Translations under genes and position numbers: made by a program
Part shown: piece by piece, positions 17,813 to 27,181 of the stretch
How the letters are laid out: each line of letters begins with the position of its first letter
Numbering within the stretch: position 1 is the stretch's first letter
Assembly (NCBI GenBank): GCA_964648855.1
Contig: CAZYLT010000014.1
Coordinates: 35,762 to 67,761, forward strand
DNA: 32,000 nucleotides
Reading direction: 5' to 3'
Origin: an uncultured archaeon
Lineage (GTDB): Archaea > Asgardarchaeota > Thorarchaeia > Thorarchaeales > Thorarchaeaceae
The notes under the pieces: model-generated
The model's input: only the letters and a program-made list of their open reading frames with translations
The model's database searches: none
Told to the model about the DNA's origin: nothing

Positions 17813-19597
17813 ATGGCGGCTAAGGAGATGAGATGGGACTTATCCCAATTGGTCAAAGAAACTGACCCAACATATCTGGAAAAACGGATGGATGAAGCGG
17901 TCAAGGAATCTGACAAGTTCCGAAACAGATTCCGCCAACTGATACACGGCATGGACGCCAAGGACATCGTTGAATTTCTGAATCGGTATGAAGAAATACA
18001 GATGGAATATGAAGGCGTCTTCGATTACTGCTCCCTCAATTATCACGCAGATATGACAGATGACACAGCGAAAAGACTCTACGACAGAGCTCAAACCACA
18101 CACACAGAAATTCAAAAGAACCTGGCTTTTGTGGAGCTCGAACTCGGACACCTCCTAAAATCCCAGAAGAGTGTCATTAAGCGAAAGGAAATTGAAGAAT
18201 ATAGACAGTTCTTGGCTAAGATCCATAGAAAGACACCTTACATGCTCCCAGAGGACCAAGAAAAGATAATTCTAGCAAAGGATCGTAATGGAATCAGAGC
18301 ATGGCAACAGCTCCAAGGTGATTGGCTTTCTACTCGAATGTTTGAGATAGAAATTGATGGAGAAAAGAAGGAGATGCCATATGGAAAAATCATCTCTCTC
18401 TATGAAGATTCAAGAAGGAATATCCGTAAGGAAGCGAACAAGGTTGTATATGAGGGACTAGGCGAGGATGACATTATTTGGGCAAGTGCTGTTCGCTCAG
18501 TTTCATCTGACCACATTCAGATGTGCAAAATCAGAGGCTATCCGGACCCAATGACTCAAAGTCTTATTGCAAATGACGTTCTCAAGGATACTATAGATGC
18601 TCTGATTGATACTATCTTGGAGAACGTTGATGTCTATCGAAGATACCTCAAACTTAAGGCCAAGGCTATGGGACTAGACAGATTGGGAAATTGGGATATA
18701 GTGGCACCACTACCTGATGCCCCAGAAAAGAAATATGACTGGTCAGAGGCTCGTGAACTCATAACTAGTGCTTATAGAAGCTTTGACTCGGGAGTCGCAG
18801 ATTGGGTTTCAGAGATGTATGAACGCAATCATATCGATGGCGAAGTGAGAAAAGGAAAACGTTCCGGAGCATTTTGTTCTACTTGGTTTTCGGGACAAAG
18901 CGCCTATATCCTGCAGAGTTACAATGGGACCATGGGAGATGTCTTTACTCAGGCCCATGAGTTGGGACATGCGGTTCATGCTTACCTAGGGTCGCGAAAT
19001 CAAACGCTACTCAATTACAGAATTGGCAGTTGTATTGCAGAAACAGGTAGCATCTTCGGAGAACTCCTTCTCACGGAGAAACTTCTTGAAGATAGCGATA
19101 GCGATGAAGCAAAGCGCGCAGTTCTAGCACAAGTGCTCGACGAATTCGGTATGGCAGCTTTCCAAGTTAGCGCGAGAGTACTGTTTGAGAGGAGCATGTA
19201 TGATGCTATCCAGAAAGGTGAACTTCTGGATGGAGAAAAAGTATCCGCATTATGGGTTAAAGCCAGAAACACAATCTACGGCGATGCTGTAGAGTGGCTC
19301 GACGCCATGCAATGGGAGTGGACTATGAAGATCCATTACTATATCCCAAACTATCGTTTCTATAACTATCCATATGTTTTTGCTCAGCTGTTTGTCTATG
19401 CTATGTACCGATTGTATAAAGTGATGGGTGATGAGTTCGTTCCTCGATTCAAAGGCCTTCTCGCAGCGGGTTCTAGCAAGCCCCCACAATTGCTTGCGGA
19501 GGAACTGGGATTAGACATCACAAAGGAAGACTTCTGGCAAAAGGGTATAGACCAGTTTGAGGAATTCATAGACATGTTTGAAGAAACACTGGAATAA
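17813..19597 (+). CDS. pepF: M3B oligoendopeptidase F
   Basis: WDLS, GKRSGAFC, HELGH (HExxH), AETGS.F.E and FYNYPY. Confidence 0.93.
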   Translation: MAAKEMRWDLSQLVKETDPTYLEKRMDEAVKESDKFRNRFRQLIHGMDAKDIVEFLNRYEEIQMEYEGVFDYCSLNYHADMTDDTAKRLYDRAQTTHTEIQKNLAFVELELGHLLKSQKSVIKRKEIEEYRQFLAKIHRKTPYMLPEDQEKIILAKDRNGIRAWQQLQGDWLSTRMFEIEIDGEKKEMPYGKIISLYEDSRRNIRKEANKVVYEGLGEDDIIWASAVRSVSSDHIQMCKIRGYPDPMTQSLIANDVLKDTIDALIDTILENVDVYRRYLKLKAKAMGLDRLGNWDIVAPLPDAPEKKYDWSEARELITSAYRSFDSGVADWVSEMYERNHIDGEVRKGKRSGAFCSTWFSGQSAYILQSYNGTMGDVFTQAHELGHAVHAYLGSRNQTLLNYRIGSCIAETGSIFGELLLTEKLLEDSDSDEAKRAVLAQVLDEFGMAAFQVSARVLFERSMYDAIQKGELLDGEKVSALWVKARNTIYGDAVEWLDAMQWEWTMKIHYYIPNYRFYNYPYVFAQLFVYAMYRLYKVMGDEFVPRFKGLLAAGSSKPPQLLAEELGLDITKEDFWQKGIDQFEEFIDMFEETLE

Positions 19598-19700
19598 AAC
19601 GTGAAATACCCCCTCCACGAAGTTGTTTTGGAGGAGTCTCTCGCCAGATTCCTCTGCATCAACTTATGAAATTGAGCATGGAATTGATTACGATTCAAAT

Positions 19701-20480
19701 CTAATATGTTAACCTCTTGATGAAACCAATCAGGCGTTTTATTACGACTTCGCTGATCGCCTCTCCCTTCTCTTCAGTAGCCTCCGTAGAATGGCCAACA
19801 TTGCCGGTTTCAGTAATCTCCTTCATCATTGTTGCCATGAAAGCAGTGGGGGGTCCAACCATCATATCAGGCACAATATAGTCAGCTACCGGGGATTTGC
19901 CAGGTTCATCAACAAGCTTCTCTTGCAAAACTCTCTGATTCAAGTACCACGCCACCGAAGTCTCCATGTCGCATGCATGGTAGACGGGGGGTGTTACAAC
20001 TTCCTTTATTTTGTCCATCGCAAGACTCCACCAGTTCACTGCATATGCTCTAACTCCATGGTCATCTCGCAGGATATGAAGTGCATTTGTTATTGCAGGG
20101 ATATTCCCTCCGTGACCGTTGAAGAGAATGATAGGACCAAATCCGTGCGCATTAAGAGACCTGCAGATATCCACAAGCAGCATTGATAGAGTCGTTTCTT
20201 TGATAGAAACAGTACCGGGAAATTCCATGTGATGATGCGAGAATCCGTAGGCTACAGTCGGAGCCACAGTGACTTTCATTTCCTCCCAGATACGCTCTGC
20301 TGTTCTCTTTGCAAACTCGCTTGCGATATAGTGGTCATTATCAACGGGCAGCGCGGGTCCGTGCTGCTCGGTTGAACCAACAGGCACGAGGATAACACCT
20401 GATTCCGATACGCGTTTTTCAACTTCCTCCCATGTCATTTTTGACAATAGGTATTCCATTTTCATTCTTGTTTCCTCCAT
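19701..20480 (-). CDS. Creatininase / mycofactocin MftE-like amidohydrolase family protein
   Basis: PVGSTEQHG..LP..D, HH..FPGT, NGHGGN and HAC..ETS. Confidence 0.9.
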   Translation of the reverse strand: MEETRMKMEYLLSKMTWEEVEKRVSESGVILVPVGSTEQHGPALPVDNDHYIASEFAKRTAERIWEEMKVTVAPTVAYGFSHHHMEFPGTVSIKETTLSMLLVDICRSLNAHGFGPIILFNGHGGNIPAITNALHILRDDHGVRAYAVNWWSLAMDKIKEVVTPPVYHACDMETSVAWYLNQRVLQEKLVDEPGKSPVADYIVPDMMVGPPTAFMATMMKEITETGNVGHSTEATEEKGEAISEVVIKRLIGFIKRLTY

Positions 20481-20490
20481 TCTTGCACGA

Positions 20491-21108
20491 TTAGCCCTTT
20501 CTAAGTATCTTCCTCACAGGCGTAGCTGTCATGGGATTCAATCTGACAACTTCATCCCGATAATGCCTTTTAGAGATTTTCAAAATCAAATAGGATCCTC
20601 CTGGCGCGAACTCCTCAATCGAAACTGCCTTTTCCACAGAAGAGGGTCCAAGAGCTCTGTAGCTACATGCGATGGCGATTGCCGATACTACTGGAATGAT
20701 AGCCCAAGAGCGGTCAATGGGGATACCACGAACCAATGTAAGTGTCACAGATATGGATGATAAGAGAAAGGCAATCAATGAAATCCCGCCTACTACTGCT
20801 GCAATACTTCTTGTTCTTGCGTGTTCGTCAATTGAATAGGTATGGTTATCACAAACTGGAATTGCAATTCTCTTTACTGAGCCGGGTTTTGCCCATAACG
20901 AAGGCCTTCTATTGAGTCCGCCTGTGGCAGTACGGTTTATTTCCCGCAAGCGTTCAGCCTTTTCTCGTTCTTCTGGAGATATTGACCCGATTATTGCTGT
21001 GTCAGTCGTTTCTCGACCACACACAGGACAGATTTTCGGAAAAGCAATGCTATTCGATGTGATTTTCACATAATACTCGTCTTCCTCTGCTTCTACATCC
21101 ATGTCCAT
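20491..21108 (-). CDS. Membrane protein with a putative split zinc site (CxxC...CxxH) and two TM helices
   Basis: FPKICPVCG and IPVCDNH, followed by two hydrophobic helices. Confidence 0.75.
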   Translation of the reverse strand: MDMDVEAEEDEYYVKITSNSIAFPKICPVCGRETTDTAIIGSISPEEREKAERLREINRTATGGLNRRPSLWAKPGSVKRIAIPVCDNHTYSIDEHARTRSIAAVVGGISLIAFLLSSISVTLTLVRGIPIDRSWAIIPVVSAIAIACSYRALGPSSVEKAVSIEEFAPGGSYLILKISKRHYRDEVVRLNPMTATPVRKILRKG

Positions 21109-21288
21109 TCATGTGCCAATACCATTCACGATTTATACGGATTATCATATGATATGGTCGCTCATAGGGGCGGGAGGTTTTTTCATTCATATTGGCGTTC
21201 TCCGTTCAAACATATTCTCTATTTGTAACCCATCACCTCTTTACTGTAGTTTACTATTGTTATTGATACAATCAAGAGGGTACAAGAG

Positions 21289-22254
21289 ATGTCGGATGAA
21301 AATAAGCGAAAAACGGATGAGTCATTTCCTATGATAGAGGAGGAAGAATTTGATGTCGAGCCTCATGGAGAGACGGTGGATTCAAACGCTGAAGAAGAGG
21401 AATCTGAGTCTTTTACCTCGGCTGAAGAAGAATTTGAGATTGACCCAAAGGCAGAGGTCAAGGAAGCGTATTCGAGGAGGTATTCCATCAAAGCGAGAAG
21501 AGATGCATCTGTCGCGGGATTTCTCCTATGGAGCGGTTTTCTAGTCCTATGGTTGTTCTTCTTTGCCGTGGACTACGGGATATTCGAAAACATTGGAGTA
21601 GCGATAGCATCATTCGCCATCATGGGCGCGATTATCGCGATGGCATGGGTCCCCTCTGATGCAGGGCCGGATCAATCGAGTTGGCGAATCAATCTCTCTA
21701 TCATCAGTGGAGTAGGCTGGATTGCCTTCATAGTTATCTGGTTGCCATTCTTCATGGAGGAGGTTACTGTATACCAGAACACTGGTGCAATATTGGCATC
21801 GATTCTTTTACTTATAGCTATCAACGCTGCAGCGTGGAGTAGTTTTGGCTTTGAGATGACTGCAACTGTAACAAAGTGGCGGCCTGGAGCAGGATTCTTG
21901 GTATTCCTTCTTTGGATTGTGTTCGATATCTATTGGCTTTGGTCTCAGGCAGACGGCTTCATTTGGGAAAGGAATTTAGCTGTTGGAATACTATCTTTTA
22001 TAATATTCTTAGCTTTGCAATTGGCTATTTGGAAACCAATGATGGATACCCAAGGTGGAGAGGTCAAAGGTGGAGCCCTTTTCTTTGCATGGTTAATCCT
22101 ACTGGTCATCTGGTTCTGGTTCTTCGGCGAGCCATTCAATGTGTACCAGAATTTTGCCATTGTGTTTGCCTCGTTTCTCATCTTTGCTGGCATCGGGTAC
22201 CTAGCTGTTAGAAAGAATATTCGTGAGTTGGATGAATTAGACTGGGAAGAATAA
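21289..22254 (+). CDS. Polytopic membrane protein with an acidic N-terminus and four internal 2-TM repeats
   Basis: The first ~55 aa are Glu-rich. Four copies of W-x6-W...(Y/F)(Q/E)N...S(F/I) follow. Confidence 0.82.
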   Translation: MSDENKRKTDESFPMIEEEEFDVEPHGETVDSNAEEEESESFTSAEEEFEIDPKAEVKEAYSRRYSIKARRDASVAGFLLWSGFLVLWLFFFAVDYGIFENIGVAIASFAIMGAIIAMAWVPSDAGPDQSSWRINLSIISGVGWIAFIVIWLPFFMEEVTVYQNTGAILASILLLIAINAAAWSSFGFEMTATVTKWRPGAGFLVFLLWIVFDIYWLWSQADGFIWERNLAVGILSFIIFLALQLAIWKPMMDTQGGEVKGGALFFAWLILLVIWFWFFGEPFNVYQNFAIVFASFLIFAGIGYLAVRKNIRELDELDWEE

Positions 22255-22265
22255 ATAGAGATAAT

Positions 22266-22300
22266 TGAAGACAGATATTTTCGTAACCGCTCTGTCTTCA
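22266..22300. terminator. 10-bp inverted repeat between convergent genes
   Basis: TGAAGACAGA (22266-22275) pairs with TCTGTCTTCA (22291-22300). Confidence 0.5.
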
Positions 22301-22307
22301 TCTCTCT

Positions 22308-23450
22308 CTATTCTTCAACTGCACCAGTCTTTCTGTAAAGCCAAAGCCCAACTAATCCTAGGAGAACTGCGGACGCAGTAGAAAATACCGTGAGCATTAG
22401 AAGAAAATCAGAAGACCCCAGAGTTGGCAATTCATCAAGCTGCTCGAAAGAACGCAATGCATCTCTCACGCCGTACAAGTTTCCTGAGAAAGCATCAACG
22501 AAAAGGGTAGCATCCTTACTAGGACCTGTTTCAAACCGGATTACCCACGAGAGACGACTGTATACTCCCAATCCTTCTAAGCTAACTTCAGTCAGAGCTA
22601 GGATTGAATTCTCGTGATCGAACTCAGGATACTCTGAGGGGACTGAGTATCGTGAGAGGGCGTTTGATTTGGCGACATTTTCATCGATGACGTATGAGGT
22701 GTCGATATCATCGATGCCAATCCAATCGTAGCTATAGTAGGAAATTCCTCTGGTAAAGGCCGAAGCCCGTATCACAATAGAAGATCCTTCCACCATGATT
22801 GACCCTATATATTCTTGAAAGACGAGAGAATAGAAGCGCTGGCAATCATACGGCTCACCCTTGATATAGTGTGCTGTGTTTGGAATCATGACGTCAAATT
22901 CTTGTAGGAATTCTCTTGTCAGATTTTCTGCTTCTGTAAGAGAAAGAGGAGCAGGGTCAAAGTCATGCAGATACTTGCTCTCGTACTCAATTATTGATCC
23001 CGCAACCGAATCTACTATAACATACGCCAAGAAATCCACATGGCTGAACGAAACCTGCCATGCAGGAAGGTCTGTCATATTGGCTATGCTTGCTACTGTC
23101 CATGCTAATGAAGAAGGCCCTACCTTCTCAAGAAAATCCTGCGCAATTCCAGCTGCAGCTTCACTCGTAATTGAGGGTGTAAAATCCGAATAGTCACGAG
23201 ATACTAGAAAAGGACGAGATGATCGAATCTTGTAAGCGTTAGGGAATATTTCTGAATCTCGATTGTCAGCGACATAATCACTAAATGCTGATTCAATGAC
23301 AGGTGTTCCTTCTACCATTGCGCCTTCTTGATCCCATAAACTCCCATGGTATACAGCAACCGGCACAGCGACTCCAAATAGTATCAGTAGAACACAGAGC
23401 AACGATGCGGCTTTTGGAATCTGTCTTAAATTCAGTGTAATGCACCTCAT
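22308..23450 (-). CDS. Extracellular protein with PepSY-like repeats and N- and C-terminal hydrophobic helices (start uncertain)
   Basis: ITSEAAAGIAQDFL...AWQVSF...VIVDSVAGSII and IDENVAKSNA...SWVIRF...LFVDAFSGNL resemble PepSY units. The ORF is open to 23534; ATG 23450 is the start nearest the N-terminal hydrophobic helix. Confidence 0.65.
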   Translation of the reverse strand: MRCITLNLRQIPKAASLLCVLLILFGVAVPVAVYHGSLWDQEGAMVEGTPVIESAFSDYVADNRDSEIFPNAYKIRSSRPFLVSRDYSDFTPSITSEAAAGIAQDFLEKVGPSSLAWTVASIANMTDLPAWQVSFSHVDFLAYVIVDSVAGSIIEYESKYLHDFDPAPLSLTEAENLTREFLQEFDVMIPNTAHYIKGEPYDCQRFYSLVFQEYIGSIMVEGSSIVIRASAFTRGISYYSYDWIGIDDIDTSYVIDENVAKSNALSRYSVPSEYPEFDHENSILALTEVSLEGLGVYSRLSWVIRFETGPSKDATLFVDAFSGNLYGVRDALRSFEQLDELPTLGSSDFLLMLTVFSTASAVLLGLVGLWLYRKTGAVEE

Positions 23451-23614
23451 AGAGTACGTTACAAATTGAAACTTACCTTTTAGGTTTGAGTATCCGACAT
23501 ATCCCGTCATGTCCTCCTCTGACAAATACTTCAAAGTGACATATTGTGAAATTATTAGAGAATTTTGCTGACCGTGACAAAGGCGGGAAGCAAATCCATT
23601 ATGCTATTGACTTG

Positions 23615-23989
23615 CTATCCTAGATTCGCCAACTTCCCTAATCGACCCAAAGCGTCACGATAACGATTATTCTGTTCAGACCATTCAACCAGTTTTGCAC
23701 AAGGGAATTCGTCACATTGCGAACAGTTTTCTAGCCGCCTCTCATCGACACAACATCCAAGAATCCAACAATCTGCACTCCAATGTTTGGTTCTATCTCC
23801 TAAGCAGCCCTCACAGTACAACCCCTTTTCGACTGCAGTATCAGCTCCTTCGTCTGGAGAGAGCCAACCCATCTCTTGATACCATCCTATAGCTTCCTTT
23901 GCTGAGTCATCGCCAAATAACACTCTCCTGATAGAGCAAGCACCGCAAAGCAACCCGCATGCAGCAATTGTAACGGTATCACGATCCAT
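23615..23989 (-). CDS. DUF3795-type Cys-rich metal-binding protein
   Basis: ACGLLCGAC, CEGC, C.I..CC and CSQCDEFPC. Confidence 0.8.
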   Translation of the reverse strand: MDRDTVTIAACGLLCGACSIRRVLFGDDSAKEAIGWYQEMGWLSPDEGADTAVEKGLYCEGCLGDRTKHWSADCWILGCCVDERRLENCSQCDEFPCAKLVEWSEQNNRYRDALGRLGKLANLG

Positions 23990-24060
23990 TTGATTTCATT
24001 CTTTAATGGACTACATCTTCTGATAAACTGCGTGTCCTTTTCAAACCACTAGTCTTTCTA

Positions 24061-24609
24061 TTATCTGCTGACCCAATCATTTCCTACAATAAAAAATCGC
24101 AACGGTAGATTCTGTCCCAAGGACAGGCCAATGCGTGCACTAGTACCAACTTCAATATTATCGGAACCAGAATCCAATACCTTGATTTCTGTTCCTACTC
24201 TTTCGCCGTTATATTGTGTATCGATTCCGAAAGCCTGGGTGAGTCTTGCTGGTCCATTTGTGAGATTCTCCTTACGGCCGCGATTGTCAACCATCTTGTC
24301 TATGCCCTCCAATGGCTCCGCAGCACGTATCAAGACAGCTCCTGGCGTCCCTTCTTCCTCGCACACAAAATTCAACATGTAGTGCATGCCATACGTGAAA
24401 TAGACATAGATATGGCCCGGGGGACCAAACATGACCGAATTCCTAGGGGTCTTGTTGCCTTCATGTGCGTGAGACCCAGCTTCATCCATATATGCCTCTG
24501 TTTCTACAATCCTCGCTTTCATACCATCCTTTGCGAGTATTTTTCCAAGCAGGTCTTTTGCAACTACGTCAGTTTTTCTCGCAAAAAACTCTAGTCCAAT
24601 TTTCGTCAT
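24061..24609 (-). CDS. mpg: DNA-3-methyladenine glycosylase (AAG/MPG family)
   Basis: VAKDLLGK, IVETEAY, YVYFTYGMH, AVLIRA.EP, NGPARLTQA and RIG. Confidence 0.93.
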   Translation of the reverse strand: MTKIGLEFFARKTDVVAKDLLGKILAKDGMKARIVETEAYMDEAGSHAHEGNKTPRNSVMFGPPGHIYVYFTYGMHYMLNFVCEEEGTPGAVLIRAAEPLEGIDKMVDNRGRKENLTNGPARLTQAFGIDTQYNGERVGTEIKVLDSGSDNIEVGTSARIGLSLGQNLPLRFFIVGNDWVSR

Positions 24610-24659
24610 TTCATGTCATCTTCCAATCTGGGGGTGTCCTATCATGGTGACATCTGGAA

Positions 24660-25943
24660 TTAGAGCAGTTGGGATATCGAATTTACTGTTTCACTCACAT
24701 CATCTGAAGTATGCTCAAATGAAAGCGCCCCCAAACCATGGTACCCAAATATCCCACTCTCCACTAGCCTACATTGAAACCTATCCAATTCATTATGATT
24801 GAGATTGTTTGCAATATCAGTAGCGGTATATGGATGCCTTATGGGCCTATTCAGCCAGTGAATAAACACGAGCGACCCCGTTCCTGTCGCCAACAGGTTT
24901 GAATCATGTGTTTCGAATAGATCATTCAGGTTTGAACGAAGCTCATCTCCTTGCGTATTCAGTTTTCCATATTCCTCAACCCGTTTCTTCAATTCTCTAA
25001 GAGTTGCGAGACCTGCTACCATTGTCAATGGATGACTCGAGAATGTTCCGCCGCCCACCCATCTTCCACCCTCTGCCTTAGGAACCGCTAATGCCATCAA
25101 ATCTTCCCGTCCTCCATACACTCCGAGATGCATGCCACCGCCTGCAATCTTGCCCAGTGTGATAAGGTCTGGTTGAACCCCGTAAATATCCATGCCAGCA
25201 GACCCATAGCAGAACCTGAAACCAGTAATGATTTCATCGAAAATTAGGATAATGTTTCTTTCTGCTGTTTCCTCCCGAAGATACCTCAAGAAGTCATTCT
25301 CTGGAGCCAATCCGCCACCTGCACCTAACACAGGTTCCACTATGACTGCGGCGAGCTGGTCACCGTGCTCTTTCATCATGAGATCAACGCTATCGCGGTC
25401 ATTGAAGTTGAAGGCAACACCATCATAGAATGGCTCATCGGAAAAGGGATGCTTCAAATAATACCCGAGGGCATCATTTCCTCCATGCCAACCACCTAAT
25501 GCCTTTGCAACCAATCTCCGTCCAGTAAAGAGCCTTGCCAATCGCACGGCATACATTGTTGCTTCCGCACCTGTTGAGCAGAAACGCATCTTCTTCAGAA
25601 AAGGTATGGCAGAAGCCAATCTCTCAGCAAATTCAACTTGGAATGGATTCAGGGCTCCGAAATGGTGTCCTTGCTGTGCCTGTTTTACAATCGCGTCTTC
25701 AATAGAAGGATGATTGTGCCCAAGGATTGCAGAGAAGTGTGTCATCCACCAATCAATGTACTCGTTTCCATCAATATCCCAGATGTGGCTACCCTCCCCG
25801 CGATTGATGAATGGCGGATATGCCCCACAACGATCCAACCCAAAGGTCCTGATATTGTGGTTTATTCCTCCAGCGAACACCTTCTTCGCGCGGTCCCAAT
25901 ATTTCCCTGAGGCAGGTGTGTTGGACACGTACTTCTCTAACAT
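24660..25943 (-). CDS. Class-III PLP aminotransferase, GSA-aminomutase (HemL)-like
   Basis: WDIDGNEYID, STGAEAT, WHG, FDEIITGFR, PDLITLGK (PLP Lys) and GTFSSHP. Confidence 0.88.
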   Translation of the reverse strand: MLEKYVSNTPASGKYWDRAKKVFAGGINHNIRTFGLDRCGAYPPFINRGEGSHIWDIDGNEYIDWWMTHFSAILGHNHPSIEDAIVKQAQQGHHFGALNPFQVEFAERLASAIPFLKKMRFCSTGAEATMYAVRLARLFTGRRLVAKALGGWHGGNDALGYYLKHPFSDEPFYDGVAFNFNDRDSVDLMMKEHGDQLAAVIVEPVLGAGGGLAPENDFLRYLREETAERNIILIFDEIITGFRFCYGSAGMDIYGVQPDLITLGKIAGGGMHLGVYGGREDLMALAVPKAEGGRWVGGGTFSSHPLTMVAGLATLRELKKRVEEYGKLNTQGDELRSNLNDLFETHDSNLLATGTGSLVFIHWLNRPIRHPYTATDIANNLNHNELDRFQCRLVESGIFGYHGLGALSFEHTSDDVSETVNSISQLL

Positions 25944-25960
25944 CTATCTTAATCTCCTTT

Positions 25961-26992
25961 TCATTTCTTCCAGTAGTTCTGAGTGTTTCTTGGACAGGGT
26001 AGGTCCTTCATAGTAAATAATCCTGGTTCTGCGTCTACTACTAAGGGAATCATGTTAAGCATCATCGCAATCGTAGCGTAGTCGCCCATGACGCCGCCCA
26101 CAATCCTCTGGTGGATGGCAGGATGTCCATCAATGTGTATTTCGTCATATTCAGGTGTTGCACCACAATAAGCTTCAAACACTAATTCAATGATTACTTC
26201 CCTATTCTTTACTCCCTGTCCTGTGCTCTTTAGGCCCTTAACATCGCCTTCATGTACAAGCCCTATTGGGGTATCTAGTGGTTCTTCTGCTATGATGGCT
26301 TCTGGTGAAAGCTCTCTTATTTCATCCAAATCGAGTTGAAGTGCATCATTGACGAACTCTATAGATTCAACAAGCCCTACATGCCCGGTTATGTCTCTCT
26401 TCTCAATTGCAGCTGCAAATTCATCTGTTGACATTCCTGTTCCAATCTTCTTCTGAAAAGACTCTCTTCTTCTGACTGAATCGATGACCCTCGTAACTCT
26501 GGCTTTATGAAAATCCATAGTTGGTGAACTTAGAATCGTGGGAAGCAGGTCCATAAGGAATCCCGGATTGATGCCTGTGCCTAGAACTGTCTGGTTTCGT
26601 TCCTTTGCAAGCCGGTCTATTTCATCTGCTATGTTTTTATGCGATGCAAATGGATAAGATAATTCCTCGCAGATTGATATGACATCTAAATTAGCCTGTA
26701 AGCATTCCTTAATTGTCGGTGCAATCTTCTCAATAGATGAAGTTGTCAAAACAAGAGCAATATCGGGTTTTTGGGCAGTGAGGGGCATTATTGCTTCTCC
26801 TAAATCCGATGAGATTTTCACATCATTTGAGCCAGAAACTGATGAGAAGTCAGCAAGGCTTTTTCCTACTAGCTCGGGATTAATATCTATTATAGATTCA
26901 AGGGATAGATTAGAACGCTCCACTATGGCTTCAGCAACCATCTTGCCTATGGAACCAAAACCAATTTGCAGCACGCGAAATGCTTCTGTCAT
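25961..26992 (-). CDS. NAD(P)-dependent amine dehydrogenase, 2,4-diaminopentanoate dehydrogenase (Ord)/DapB-like family
   Basis: Rossmann GFGSIG, VISICEEL.YP, GTGINPGF..D, QKKIG.G, GHVG..ES and GD.AT. Start at ATG 26992. Confidence 0.85.
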   Translation of the reverse strand: MTEAFRVLQIGFGSIGKMVAEAIVERSNLSLESIIDINPELVGKSLADFSSVSGSNDVKISSDLGEAIMPLTAQKPDIALVLTTSSIEKIAPTIKECLQANLDVISICEELSYPFASHKNIADEIDRLAKERNQTVLGTGINPGFLMDLLPTILSSPTMDFHKARVTRVIDSVRRRESFQKKIGTGMSTDEFAAAIEKRDITGHVGLVESIEFVNDALQLDLDEIRELSPEAIIAEEPLDTPIGLVHEGDVKGLKSTGQGVKNREVIIELVFEAYCGATPEYDEIHIDGHPAIHQRIVGGVMGDYATIAMMLNMIPLVVDAEPGLFTMKDLPCPRNTQNYWKK

Positions 26993-27181
26993 GCACAATG
27001 TATACGTACTACCCTCTATATCTCTTATCTAATAAACGTCCATTCAAATGGAATGAAGGCCCGCTTGGGTGAGAGGTTGTGCATCAATTCGTAGTGAAAA
27101 GACAAATATAACAAAGGCATTCACTATATACAATAATCTGATTTATTCATAAATGCCCGTCGAAGGAGGACTGGCCTAGAT

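Noticed and set aside
24660-25943. Calling the aminotransferase hemL
   Set aside because: There is no tetrapyrrole gene context, and the motifs support only the class-III family.
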